Made by a program: the position numbers and the translations under genes
Shown: positions 28,967-38,989 of the stretch, one piece after another
Layout of the letters: each line of letters starts with the position of its first letter
Numbering within the stretch: the first letter of the stretch is position 1
Notes under the pieces: model-generated
Databases searched by the model: none
Told to the model about the DNA's origin: nothing
Seen by the model: the letters and a program-made list of their open reading frames with translations, nothing else
Origin: an uncultured Dehalococcoidales bacterium
GTDB taxonomy: Bacteria; Chloroflexota; Dehalococcoidia; Dehalococcoidales; UBA5627
Direction: 5' to 3'
DNA: 64,000 nt
Assembly (NCBI GenBank): GCA_964399425.1
Contig: CAYNQR010000001.1
Span: 68,494-132,493 of the forward strand

Positions 28967-29507
28967 CCTGCTTCACTCCTTTTCATTTTTATTTATTTTT
29001 TATGAATTACCAAAACACCGTTTTTAAAAATCGTGCTCTTGTTAAGTAATGGCGCTACTGGCAAAACAACACGTGTAAAAGGATGAATTGCCATCCTTTA
29101 TATAAAGAAGGTGCCAATTAAATCACGGGCTATTATCGACAATCTCGGGATGATTACTTTTATCTTGATTTATTAACGGATTGCCTTATTTCCCCGCCAC
29201 TTATTCTCACCATCCTTTCATTTTACAAAAATGCAGAACTTGACCGCGGTATTCATCTACGCAATCACCGTAGCCGTGTTTAATCGAATTTGCGTACGAT
29301 ATTAATAATATGCTGTTTTAATCTCTTTGTAAATGCCCGCCAGATACGAATTTAAAAATATTTTTTGCATTTTCCGGAGAGGATTTATATCATTTGATTT
29401 TATTCTGTGGAAGACTATTTACAGTTTATCGATAAGTAATTGGTATTTTGTCCGAAAGCTTATCCCGATTTTATTAATACTATATCTTCCCCCCCACCCC
29501 AATCTCT

Positions 29508-29536
29508 TTGACGAGGTTAGCGGCACCAAGTATAAT
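29508..29536 (+). promoter_or_regulatory. sigma70-like promoter for tRNA-Ser(CGA)
   Basis: TTGACG, 17 nt, TATAAT, ~55 nt upstream of the mature tRNA 5' end. Confidence 0.6.
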
Positions 29537-29591
29537 TAAACGGCAGAAAAATTAACTGCCCATATCATCAACACATTTATGTTAACTCACT

Positions 29592-29681
29592 GGAGAGGTG
29601 TCCGAGTGGTTCATGGTGCCGCTCTCGAAAAGCGGTCTTCGCGCAAGTGAAGCGTGGGTTCGAATCCCACCCTCTCCGCCA
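29592..29681 (+). tRNA. tRNA-Ser (anticodon CGA)
   Basis: 90 nt. Acceptor GGAGAGG/CCTCTCC, anticodon arm CCGCT-CTCGAAA-AGCGG, long variable arm, T loop GGTTCGAATCC, encoded CCA. Confidence 0.92.
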
Positions 29682-29721
29682 TTATTACCAATCACCCCGC
29701 CGTTTGAATAGAGGTAAGCCT

Positions 29722-30432
29722 ATGACAAATATACTGGATGAAATCAGGGCAAAACTAAACGAAAATATCGATGAAAACACCCGCGAAACAGGCAAACGCT
29801 ATTTTAAGGAGCAGGTAACTTTATACGGCGTTAAAACCGCTACCGTCGAAAAAATAGCCAAGGAATTCTTCAACATCATTAAAACCGATAAGAACAAGGC
29901 TGAAATATTTGTTTTATGCGACCAACTCTGGCAGTCCGGTTACATGGAAGAATCATTTATCGCCTGCAACTGGTCTTATGCTTTGAACAAGCAATTCGAG
30001 GAAAAGGACTGGATTATTTTCGAAAACTGGATTAATAATTATGTCAGCAACTGGGCATCCTGCGATACATTATGCAACCATACTGTCGGTTCTTTTATAG
30101 AAATGTATCCGCAGTATGTAAACGAATTGAAGAATTGGGCGAAATCCGATAACAGGTGGGTAAAACGCGCCTCGGCGGTAACTTTGATAATTCCGGCGCG
30201 AAAGGGATTGTTTTTAAAAGATATCTTTAAAATTGCCGGCACACTGCTAACGGATAAAGACGACCTGGTGCAAAAGGGCTACGGATGGATGCTGAAAGCC
30301 GCCAGCCAGGCTTACGAGAAAGAGGTCTTCGATTACGTTATGAGCAACAAGAAAGTTATGCCGAGGACTGCCCTGCGCTATGCCATTGAAAAAATGCCGC
30401 CCGAATTAAAATCGAAGGCGATGGAAAAATAG
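29722..30432 (+). CDS. DNA alkylation repair protein (AlkD-like HEAT-repeat family)
   Basis: Family-like pattern ('KRYFKEQV..YGVKTATV..IAKEF', 'W.SGYMEE', 'WASCDTLC', 'RWVKRA'). The start is moved to the ATG at 29722 because the ORF-track start at 29647 lies inside the tRNA. Confidence 0.8.
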   Translation: MTNILDEIRAKLNENIDENTRETGKRYFKEQVTLYGVKTATVEKIAKEFFNIIKTDKNKAEIFVLCDQLWQSGYMEESFIACNWSYALNKQFEEKDWIIFENWINNYVSNWASCDTLCNHTVGSFIEMYPQYVNELKNWAKSDNRWVKRASAVTLIIPARKGLFLKDIFKIAGTLLTDKDDLVQKGYGWMLKAASQAYEKEVFDYVMSNKKVMPRTALRYAIEKMPPELKSKAMEK

Positions 30433-30468
30433 GTTTTTTAAAATCATTGTTGTTATTAACAATTCGAC

Positions 30469-30503
30469 GCCGTTTAGTTCGACAAGCTCACTACGAACGG
30501 CTT
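30469..30503 (+). repeat. structured intergenic repeat element, copy 1
   Basis: The core TTCGACAAGCTCACTACGAACGGCTT (30478-30503) lies inside a GCCGTT/AACGGC hairpin. It matches the reverse complement of 52553-52578 at 25 of 26 positions. Confidence 0.8.
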
Positions 30504-30708
30504 TTTAAGACTCACTATGAGAGGCTTATTTAGGCTTAGCAATAGCGATTTTTTAGACTTATCATGATTTTTCTTTGACAAGATATTTTTTCTTCCGTAC
30601 GCTCTGAGTCCCGATGTATCGGGAAAGGGTTTAAGAGCGAAAGCAACCATGATTGGCAAAAATGTATAAAGTCTGATTTCCGTGAACAAATACCGGAGGT
30701 TTCAATAA

Positions 30709-31326
30709 ATGGACAAGCTGGATTTAAAAAAGGAATTTAAACAACTCTACTCTCCTTCCACCAATGCCGTATCGGTAGTAGATATTCCTGTTTTTAGCTA
30801 CATCATGGTTGACGGAGAGGGCGCTCCCGACGGCGCCGAAGCTCAACAGGCAATCGAAATGCTTTTCCCTGTGGCCTATGCCATTAAATTCATCTCTAAA
30901 GCCAGGGATAAGGATTACGGTGTTATGCCGCTCGAAGGATTATGGTGGGCCGACGATATGAGCGATTTCACAGCAGGCCGCAGGGATAAATGGAAATGGA
31001 CATATATGATTATGCAGCCGGAATTCATATCCCAAAACGACTTTGAAGAAGCTATCGGGAAGGTACAGTCCAAAAATAGGATGATGAACCTGTCAAATGT
31101 ACATCTTAACTCCCTTACTGAAGGAAAAGCGGCACAGATAATGCATATTGGACCGTTTTCTGAGGAACACACCAATATCCGGAAAATTCACGAACATATC
31201 GCCAGTCTCGGCGGGAAATTCGACGGCTCAAAAGAAAAACACCACGAAATTTACTTGAGCGATATGCGCAAGGTTTCCCCGTCTGCCATGAAAACTATCC
31301 TGCGCCAGCCGTTTCACATTATTTAA
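30709..31326 (+). CDS. GyrI-like small-molecule-binding domain protein
   Basis: 205 aa. 'LKKEFKQLYSPS..VVDIPVFSYIMVDGEGAP' and 'HHEIYLSDMRKV' are typical of this family. Confidence 0.75.
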   Translation: MDKLDLKKEFKQLYSPSTNAVSVVDIPVFSYIMVDGEGAPDGAEAQQAIEMLFPVAYAIKFISKARDKDYGVMPLEGLWWADDMSDFTAGRRDKWKWTYMIMQPEFISQNDFEEAIGKVQSKNRMMNLSNVHLNSLTEGKAAQIMHIGPFSEEHTNIRKIHEHIASLGGKFDGSKEKHHEIYLSDMRKVSPSAMKTILRQPFHII

Positions 31327-31443
31327 AATAATAAAAGGAATGCTTTAATACTCTCTACGGCTTTGAGAGTATATCTCGCTGGAATTAAAACAAGAAATAT
31401 ACTACAATATACCAGATTCTTTTCTTATTTACATGGCCGATTT

Positions 31444-31533
<90 letters not shown>

Positions 31534-31626
31534 TTTTATTTTGAATCTCCGGACGTGTATTCCAATCATCTTTCTCACAATGCTATTTTTCATTATTAAT
31601 TATTATTGTGCTAGAATGTAACCACT

Positions 31627-32766
31627 TTGACTACAAATAATGAAAACAACAAATACTGGGTCGGTTTTAATCTGATTCCGGGTATCGGCAGAGTAAAATT
31701 TACCCAGATCGAAAATTACTTCGGCGATATTCGGAAAGCATGGAACGCCGGCAACGATGAGTTTAAAAAAGCCGGGCTTGATGATAATGCCACGAACTCT
31801 ATTGCACAATGGCGCCCCAAGATATCGCTTGACTCCGAGATAGAAAAACTGGAAAAGCATAATATAAAAGCCTTCAATTATCACGATAAGGATTATCCTG
31901 CCCGACTGAAAGAGATACATGATTTTCCGCCGTTAATTTATGTCCGAGGTAATATATTAGCTGAAGATGAATACTGTCTGGCGGTAGTCGGTACCCGAAA
32001 CCCCAGCGTCTATGGAAGGCAGTTAACCGAAGAAATAGTGTCGGAACTGGCGCACAGTAAAATAACCATCGTTAGCGGATTGGCCAAAGGCATCGATACC
32101 ATCGCCCACCGTTCGGCTCTTGGTGCCGGCGGCAGAACTATTGCCGTTATGGGCGGAGGACTCGACAGCGTATATCCGGCCGAAAACGCCAACCTGGCGC
32201 GTAATATACTGAAAAACGGAGCTATGATAAGTGAATACGCTCCCGGCACAAAACCGAGACCGGAGAATTTCCCGCGCCGTAACCGCATTATGAGCGGATT
32301 GTGTCTTGGCGTGCTGGTAATCGAAGCCGGAGAAACCAGCGGTTCCTTGATTACTGCCCACCTGGCATTCGAACAGGACCGTGAAGTTTTCGCCATACCC
32401 GGCAGCGTGTTGTCCCCGGCCAGCATAGGCACTAACAAACTCATCATGGAAGGAACCGCCCGGCTGGTACGTAATGCGTCAGATATATTGCAGGAGCTTA
32501 ATTTAACGGCGATTGCCGAACAGATTGAGGTAAAAGAGGTTATTCCCGCTTCGGATACGGAAGCAGTAATTCTCAGTCAACTGGGAGCCGAACCGAAGCA
32601 TATCGATGAAGTCTGCCGCGCCAGCGGACTACCCGTACCCGTCATCAGCAGCACCTTGGCGATGATGGAACTGAAAGGCATAGTGAAACAGGTAGGTTCG
32701 ATGAATTATGCGCTGTGCCGTGAAGTACGTGAAAATAAAGAATTATATAAAATCGAGATAAATTAA
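31627..32766 (+). CDS. dprA: DNA processing protein DprA/Smf
   Basis: 379 aa with 'VVGTRNPS.YG', 'IVSGLAKGIDT.AH' and 'RNRIMSGL'. TTG start with no clear SD, so the start is uncertain. Confidence 0.9.
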   Translation: MTTNNENNKYWVGFNLIPGIGRVKFTQIENYFGDIRKAWNAGNDEFKKAGLDDNATNSIAQWRPKISLDSEIEKLEKHNIKAFNYHDKDYPARLKEIHDFPPLIYVRGNILAEDEYCLAVVGTRNPSVYGRQLTEEIVSELAHSKITIVSGLAKGIDTIAHRSALGAGGRTIAVMGGGLDSVYPAENANLARNILKNGAMISEYAPGTKPRPENFPRRNRIMSGLCLGVLVIEAGETSGSLITAHLAFEQDREVFAIPGSVLSPASIGTNKLIMEGTARLVRNASDILQELNLTAIAEQIEVKEVIPASDTEAVILSQLGAEPKHIDEVCRASGLPVPVISSTLAMMELKGIVKQVGSMNYALCREVRENKELYKIEIN

Positions 32767-34869
32767 ATGAAAAACAATCTTGTAATAGTAGAATCGCCGG
32801 CAAAAGCGAAGACTCTGACAAAAATACTGGGAAAAGGTTACACCATCAGGGCTTCCCTGGGGCACATCAGGGATTTGCCGAAAAGCCGGCTGGGCGTGGA
32901 TACAGATAATAATTTCGAGCCTAAATACGTCGTTGCCAGGGATAAAAATAAAACCGTAAAAGAGTTGAAGGATGCCGCCAGGACAGCCTCTACCGTATAT
33001 CTGGCGACAGACCCCGACCGCGAAGGGGAAGCTATTGCCTGGCATCTTGTCGAGGCTATAAAACTGAATGATGTTAAATATCGCCGCGTCACCTTTCATG
33101 AAATAACGCAGGAAGCTATCACGCATGCCTTCAAATCCCCGCGCGAAATCGACATGCAACTGGTGAATGCGCAGCAGACACGCCGTATACTGGACAGGCT
33201 GGTCGGATATACACTCAGCCCGCTATTGTGGCGTAAAGTCAGAAAGGGGTTATCCGCCGGAAGAGTTCAATCGGTGGCGGTAAAAATCATCGTAGACCGC
33301 GAACGTGAAATCGAAAATTTCGTTCCGGTCGAATACTGGACTATCGAAGCCGAACTGCAAAAAGACCCTGACGGAGACAGCAAACCGTTCCGCGCTTTAC
33401 TGGTTAAAACCGCAGATAACAACGCATCTGATATAAAAAACCGGGACCAGGCAAAAGCAGTCAAAACGGAACTGGAAAAAGCCGATTACAGCGTCAGCAA
33501 GGTCGGTATCAAGAAAACACCGCGCCAGCCGGCGCCTCCCTTTATTACCAGCACGCTGCAGCAGGAAGCCTGGAGACGTTTCCGCTTTACCGCAAAAATG
33601 ACCATGGCGACAGCGCAGCAACTTTACGAAGGCTTGCCTGTGGGAGAAGAAGGCAGCATCGGTCTGATTACCTATATGAGAACCGACTCGACACACGTTG
33701 CTCCCTCGGCGCTGGCAGAGGTAAGAAACTATATTTCGGAGAAATACGGCGCGGATTATTTGCCGGCTCACGCACGCTCTTTTGCCCATAAAGTAAAGGG
33801 AGCGCAGGAAGCCCATGAAGCCATCCGCCCTACCAAGGTATGGAGGACTCCTGCTTCCGTAAAGCAGTATCTCAATCCCACGCAATACAAGATATACAAC
33901 CTGATATGGCAAAGAATGGTAGCCAGCCAGATGACGGAGGCTTCTTTTGAAAATACCACCGTCGATATCGACGCCAAATGCGCTCTGTCTAAAAATAAAT
34001 ACCTCTTCCGGGCAACCAGCTCGATTAATATCTTTCCCGGGTTCATGATTCTCTACAGTGAAGGTAAAGACGAAGAGGAAGAAGACAAATTGCCTGCGCT
34101 GCCGCAGATGGCAAAAGGCGACAGGTTGAAGCTCTTAAACTTAGTCGACGAACAGCATTTTACCAAGCCGCCGTCACGCTATACGGAAGCTACGCTCATT
34201 AAAATGCTGGAACAATGGGGTATCGGACGTCCGAGCACCTATGCCCCGATTTTATCCACCATTCAGGAACGCGAGTATGTCACCAAGCCCGGCGGCAGTT
34301 TCAAACCGACGGAACTGGGAGTCATCGTTAACGACCTGCTGTTTCAGCACTTCTCCAACATCGTCAATATAGATTTCACCGCCCGTCTGGAAAACGACCT
34401 CGATAAAATCGCCAATGAAGGTATGGACTGGATAAAGGTAGTCAAAGAGTTTTTCGAGCCTTTTAACGATGACCTCAAGAAAGCCGCCGAAGTTATTGAA
34501 AAAGTTAAACTGGCGGATGAGGAAACGGGAGAAGTATGTCCCTTATGCGCCAAACCGGTGGTGATTAAGGTCGGCCGTTTCGGTAAATTCCTGGCCTGCA
34601 GCGGTTATCCGGAATGCAAATATACCAGCTCATTTAAGATTAAGACCGGCGCCAAATGCCCTGAATGCGCTGCGGATATAATAGAAAAACGCAACAAGAA
34701 GAAACGCGTGTTTTACGGATGCAGCAATTACCCGAAGTGTAATTTCGCTATTAACACGAAACCTTTACCCCAACCCTGCCCGAAATGCGGCGGGCTGGTA
34801 ACAGTTTACAGGACAAAGTGGGGTAAATGCACCAAATGCGATTATAAAAATAAACTCCAGCAGGATTAA
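32767..34869 (+). CDS. topA: DNA topoisomerase I
   Basis: 700 aa. Toprim domain ('LVIVESPAKAKT', 'ATDPDREGEAIAWH'), active-site Tyr region ('GLITYMRTDS'), and C-terminal Cys4 zinc ribbons. Confidence 0.97.
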   Translation: MKNNLVIVESPAKAKTLTKILGKGYTIRASLGHIRDLPKSRLGVDTDNNFEPKYVVARDKNKTVKELKDAARTASTVYLATDPDREGEAIAWHLVEAIKLNDVKYRRVTFHEITQEAITHAFKSPREIDMQLVNAQQTRRILDRLVGYTLSPLLWRKVRKGLSAGRVQSVAVKIIVDREREIENFVPVEYWTIEAELQKDPDGDSKPFRALLVKTADNNASDIKNRDQAKAVKTELEKADYSVSKVGIKKTPRQPAPPFITSTLQQEAWRRFRFTAKMTMATAQQLYEGLPVGEEGSIGLITYMRTDSTHVAPSALAEVRNYISEKYGADYLPAHARSFAHKVKGAQEAHEAIRPTKVWRTPASVKQYLNPTQYKIYNLIWQRMVASQMTEASFENTTVDIDAKCALSKNKYLFRATSSINIFPGFMILYSEGKDEEEEDKLPALPQMAKGDRLKLLNLVDEQHFTKPPSRYTEATLIKMLEQWGIGRPSTYAPILSTIQEREYVTKPGGSFKPTELGVIVNDLLFQHFSNIVNIDFTARLENDLDKIANEGMDWIKVVKEFFEPFNDDLKKAAEVIEKVKLADEETGEVCPLCAKPVVIKVGRFGKFLACSGYPECKYTSSFKIKTGAKCPECAADIIEKRNKKKRVFYGCSNYPKCNFAINTKPLPQPCPKCGGLVTVYRTKWGKCTKCDYKNKLQQD

Positions 34870-34874
34870 TTTCA

Positions 34875-35822
34875 ATGCAGGAAGTTTTTAACAGGTATAT
34901 CAATTATTTGATTGCCGAACGCAACGTATCGCCATATACGGTGCGCAACTATACCAGCGACCTGGTGGGTAATTCCAAGCGCGGCACGGAGAAAGGCTTC
35001 TTCCAGTTTTTACGGATGAAAAAAATCGAATCGCTGGATAAAGCGGATAAGTGGATATTACGGGAATATCTGGCATATCTAGCCAACCAGGGGGTTGCTA
35101 AAGCCAGTATTGCACGCAAACTCTCTGCTATCCGCTCTTTTTACCGCTATCTTTCAAGAGAGAAAATCCTCGATAAAAACCCTTTGGAACACTCCGTCTC
35201 TCCGAAGCTTGATAAACGTTTACCCGAATTTTTAACAATCGAAGAGGTTGTAAGTTTATTAAATGCGCCCGATTTATCCACTCCGCAGGGTTTACGCGAC
35301 CGTGCCCTGACGGAACTGGTATATGCTTCCGGTTTACGCGTAAGCGAACTGGTAAATTTGAACATCGATAACATTAATATGGAAAGCCGCGAAATACGCG
35401 TCTGGGGCAAAGGCTCCAAGGAACGCATCGTGCTGATGGGAGAACACGCTGCAACAGCTATAAACAACTATCTTTCTCATGGCAGGCCTAAACTGCTGGT
35501 AAAAAAAGACGGGGGAGGAGCTTTGTTCTTGAACCGCGATGGCAACCGGCTTACCGAGCGAATGGTGCAGCTACTTATGCGTAAATATGCCAGATTGGCC
35601 GGCATCGATAAAGATGTACACCCGCATCTGCTGCGCCATACATTCGCCACACATATGCTTGACGGCGGCGCCGACCTGAGGGTGGTGCAGGAACTATTAG
35701 GGCATTCAAACCTGTCGACTACCCAGATTTATACTCATGTTACCCACGGGCAGGCACGCAAGGTCTATCTAGCCGCGCATCCGATGGCTAAACTGGAAGG
35801 AAAGACAGATGCAGATAGATAA
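34875..35822 (+). CDS. xerC: tyrosine recombinase XerC/XerD family
   Basis: 315 aa with 'GLRVSEL', 'HLLRHTFATHML' and 'LGHSNLSTTQIYTHV'. Confidence 0.9.
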   Translation: MQEVFNRYINYLIAERNVSPYTVRNYTSDLVGNSKRGTEKGFFQFLRMKKIESLDKADKWILREYLAYLANQGVAKASIARKLSAIRSFYRYLSREKILDKNPLEHSVSPKLDKRLPEFLTIEEVVSLLNAPDLSTPQGLRDRALTELVYASGLRVSELVNLNIDNINMESREIRVWGKGSKERIVLMGEHAATAINNYLSHGRPKLLVKKDGGGALFLNRDGNRLTERMVQLLMRKYARLAGIDKDVHPHLLRHTFATHMLDGGADLRVVQELLGHSNLSTTQIYTHVTHGQARKVYLAAHPMAKLEGKTDADR

Positions 35823-36879
35823 GCGAATCGCTAAATTGAGGCGGACACTTGATGAAAAAGAGATAGATGCATTTTTAATATCCCAGCCTGAAAACAGGTA
35901 TTACCTCTCCGGTTTCAGCGGTTCGGCAGGCTATCTTTTCATAACGCAGAACAGCATGGTACTGGCTACCGATTTTCGTTATGTCGAGCAGGTAAAAATA
36001 CAATCACCGGATTACACCCTATTCCAGATATCGGGCAGCATTAGCAAATGGTTCCCGGAAATAATTGATGGTTTAAAGATTAAAACACTCGGCTTCGAAT
36101 CAGCGGATATGACTTTTGACAGATATCAAAACCTTTCGAGTATAATCAGCAAAAAAGGAATACAACTACAACTTGTGCCCATGATGGATACTGTCGAAAC
36201 TATAAGAGCTGTAAAAGACGCCGGAGAAATCGCCTGCATCGAACGCGCGGCAGAAATAAGCGACATCGCATTTAAGCATATTGCCGAAATAATTTGCGCC
36301 GGAATGACGGAACTGGAACTGGCCTGGGAACTGGAAAAATCCCTGCACGAGATGGGCAGTCAGTCGATGCCTTTTGAAATAATCGTCGGCTCAGGGACTA
36401 ATGCTGCCCTGCCCCACGCCCATCCCTCTGAACGTATTATTCAAGAAGGCGAGACGGTTGTCATCGATTTCGGAGCCAAAGTCGAAGGTTATTGCAGCGA
36501 TATTACCAGGACGCTTTATGTCGGCAAACCGGTTGCCGTTTTTAAAAAAATATATAATATTGTACTCGATGCCCAAATGGCAGCCATATCCAGGATTGTA
36601 GATGGGACGACAGGCGCGCAAGCAGACGCATTTGCCCGAAGCATTATCGAAGAGGCGGGATACGGCGAAGCCTTCGGTCACAGCCTGGGACACGGTATCG
36701 GTCTGGCAGCGCACGAAAAACCTTCTCTCAATCGCATTTCGGAGGATATACTGACTGAGAATATGGTTTTTACCGTAGAACCGGGGATTTATATAGCGGG
36801 GTGGGGAGGTGTCCGTATAGAAGATACAGTTATCATAAAAAATGGTAAAATACGCGTACTTTCACAGTCGATTAAATAA
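35809..36879 (+). CDS. pepP: Xaa-Pro aminopeptidase (M24B)
   Basis: 356 aa with metal ligands in 'VIDFGAKVEGYCSDITRT', 'GHSLGHGIGL' and 'FTVEPGIY'. It overlaps xerC by 14 nt. Confidence 0.88.
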   Translation: MQIDKRIAKLRRTLDEKEIDAFLISQPENRYYLSGFSGSAGYLFITQNSMVLATDFRYVEQVKIQSPDYTLFQISGSISKWFPEIIDGLKIKTLGFESADMTFDRYQNLSSIISKKGIQLQLVPMMDTVETIRAVKDAGEIACIERAAEISDIAFKHIAEIICAGMTELELAWELEKSLHEMGSQSMPFEIIVGSGTNAALPHAHPSERIIQEGETVVIDFGAKVEGYCSDITRTLYVGKPVAVFKKIYNIVLDAQMAAISRIVDGTTGAQADAFARSIIEEAGYGEAFGHSLGHGIGLAAHEKPSLNRISEDILTENMVFTVEPGIYIAGWGGVRIEDTVIIKNGKIRVLSQSIK

Positions 36880-36894
36880 CAGGCAGGAGATTGA

Positions 36895-37452
36895 ATGTTA
36901 AGCGGTTCTGAATTAAGAAAAGGGGTTGTCATCGTATTCAACGATAAATTATATCAGGTCGTAGATTACAAGCATATAAAAATGAAGCGGACGGCGCTGG
37001 CTCATGTAAAACTGCGTGACATTGTCGCCGGGCATACCATCGAACAGAGTTTCCAGTCGGACGATAAATTTAAAAGAGCCGATCTGGATAGACGTTATAT
37101 GCAATATCTTTATAACGACGGCGGATTGTACTACTTTATGGACAGCGAGAATTTCGAACAAATAACCGTTAATGAATCACAACTGGAAGATTCTATAGGT
37201 TATCTCAAGGAAGGAATGCAGGTCGAAGTATCGAGCTATAAAGAAAAGATTTTAGATATCGAGATACCGTTTTCCGTCGAACTCGAGGTAATCGAAACGG
37301 AACCCGGCTTCAAGGGAGATACCGCAACTGCGGGAACAAAACCAGCCAAACTGGAAACCGGTATCAGTATTCAGGTTCCCTTATTCGTTAACATAGGAGA
37401 CATTGTCAAAGTGGATACTCGATCGGGTGCCTATCTGGAAAGGAAAAATTGA
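36895..37452 (+). CDS. efp: translation elongation factor P (non-canonical tip loop)
   Basis: 185 aa with 'MQYLY', 'VIETEPGFKGDTA' and 'IQVPLFVN'. The loop reads HIKMKRTALAHVKLR instead of the usual H-V-KPGKG-x-A. Confidence 0.95.
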   Translation: MLSGSELRKGVVIVFNDKLYQVVDYKHIKMKRTALAHVKLRDIVAGHTIEQSFQSDDKFKRADLDRRYMQYLYNDGGLYYFMDSENFEQITVNESQLEDSIGYLKEGMQVEVSSYKEKILDIEIPFSVELEVIETEPGFKGDTATAGTKPAKLETGISIQVPLFVNIGDIVKVDTRSGAYLERKN

Positions 37453-37455
37453 TAA

Positions 37456-38103
37456 ATGCTGAAAGCAGACCTGCACGTCCATACCTGCTATTCGACGGAT
37501 TCAGATAATTCACTCGATGATATAATCAGAAAATGCCTGAAAATAGGCATTAATTGTCTGGCAGTATGCGACCATGGCACCACCGAAGGAGCGCTGAAGT
37601 TACAGACAATAGCTCCCTTTAAAGTAATTGTGGCTGAAGAAATATTAACACCGCACGGAGAAATAATGGGTATGTTCCTGAAAGAAACGATACCCAGCCT
37701 GATAACGCCGCAAGAGGCGATAAAAAGAATCAGGGAACAGGACGGACTGGTATGTATTCCGCATCCTTTCGACAAGTTCCGTTCATCGGCATTTCAAGGG
37801 ATAAACATTGAAAAGATTAAGCAAGACATCGATATAATCGAGGTTCATAACGCCAGGACGCTTCCCTTCCAAAACCGTAAACAGGCGATGGAATATGCCA
37901 TAAAAAACAATTTAAAGCAAAGCGTCGGCAGCGATGCGCATGCAATTTTCGAAATAGGCGTCAGTTATATTGAAATACCGGATTTCAATGATAAAGACGG
38001 CTTTTTAACCGCTCTGGAGCAGGGTAAAATCACGAAGCGTTCTTCCAGCCCGCTGGTACACTTTGTCAGCGTAAAAAATAAGATCATGAAACGGTTCAAG
38101 TAA
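37456..38103 (+). CDS. PHP-domain metal-dependent phosphoesterase
   Basis: 215 aa with the 'DLHVHTCYSTDS' N-terminal His motif, 'CDHGT' and 'PHPFD'. It starts 3 nt after the efp stop. Confidence 0.8.
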   Translation: MLKADLHVHTCYSTDSDNSLDDIIRKCLKIGINCLAVCDHGTTEGALKLQTIAPFKVIVAEEILTPHGEIMGMFLKETIPSLITPQEAIKRIREQDGLVCIPHPFDKFRSSAFQGINIEKIKQDIDIIEVHNARTLPFQNRKQAMEYAIKNNLKQSVGSDAHAIFEIGVSYIEIPDFNDKDGFLTALEQGKITKRSSSPLVHFVSVKNKIMKRFK

Positions 38104-38104
38104 A

Positions 38105-38923
38105 ATGTATTATTTCGGATGGTTTTCGACAGGCAGAGGAAAAGGGTCGAGAGAGCTTTTTAAAGTAGCCCTAAATGGTATCAACAGCGGTCGAATTCAA
38201 AATGCCCGCATTTCCTATGTCTTTTGCAGCCGTGAACCCGGCGAATCCCCCGAAACAGACCTGTTTATCGAACTCGTAAAAAGCAGCGGGATACCTCTGG
38301 TCTGTTTTTCCTATCAGAAATTCAAAGGCGATAAGCCCGATAACACCATCGATGAACAGTTGCCGGAATGGCGTCTGGAATACGACCGTCACGTTATGTC
38401 ATTAATTAAGGATTTCCGCTCAGACCTCTGCGTGCTGGCGGGGTATATGCTAATTGTTGGCCAGGAAATGTGCACAAAATATAATATGCTCAACCTGCAT
38501 CCGGCAGCCCCCGGCGGACCGAAAGGAACATGGCGCGAGGTTATCTGGCAATTGATTGACTTGCGAGCCAAAGAAACCGGAGTAATGATGCACATGGTAA
38601 CCCCCGAACTGGATAAAGGCCCGGTTGTCAGCTACTGCAAGTTCCCGATAACAGGAAAGCCATTCGATGAGCATTGGCAGGCAATCGCAGGAAAGACAGC
38701 CGATGAAATAAAAAGAGAGCAGGGTGAAGATAATCAACTGTTCAAGACCATCCGCGAACACGGCTTAAAACGGGAGTTCCCCCTGATACTGTCAACAATA
38801 GCTGCCTTCAGTTCAGGCAAGGTGGTTATTTCAGATGGATTGGTATTCGACTCGAACGGAAATAAAATCAACGGCTACAACCTTACCGAAGAAATCGAAA
38901 AGCTGCTGAGAGAGAATAATTAA
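38105..38923 (+). CDS. formyltransferase-fold protein (PurN-like catalytic N/H/D, with a C-terminal extension)
   Basis: 272 aa. 'MLNLHPAAPGG' supplies the Asn-x-His and 'PELDKGPVV' the Asp. It starts 1 nt after the PHP gene stop. Confidence 0.7.
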   Translation: MYYFGWFSTGRGKGSRELFKVALNGINSGRIQNARISYVFCSREPGESPETDLFIELVKSSGIPLVCFSYQKFKGDKPDNTIDEQLPEWRLEYDRHVMSLIKDFRSDLCVLAGYMLIVGQEMCTKYNMLNLHPAAPGGPKGTWREVIWQLIDLRAKETGVMMHMVTPELDKGPVVSYCKFPITGKPFDEHWQAIAGKTADEIKREQGEDNQLFKTIREHGLKREFPLILSTIAAFSSGKVVISDGLVFDSNGNKINGYNLTEEIEKLLRENN

Positions 38924-38989
38924 CCGTTTCATTCAAATAATCTCTTCGTCATCCCCAGGCTATTCACAGCATGATTATGACTTGCATAT

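Noticed and set aside
29647-29721. An N-terminal extension of the AlkD-like ORF ('MKRGFESHPLRHYY...').
   Set aside because: The extension overlaps the 3' half of tRNA-Ser(CGA). A downstream ATG at 29722 with an AGAGG SD gives a family-typical N-terminus.
30474-30689. A 71 aa minus-strand ORF, and the possibility that the ~25 nt tandem units form a small CRISPR-like array.
   Set aside because: The ORF is the translation of the intergenic repeat element ('...PFVVSLSN'). The units are contiguous and degenerate, with no unique spacers, so this is not a CRISPR array.
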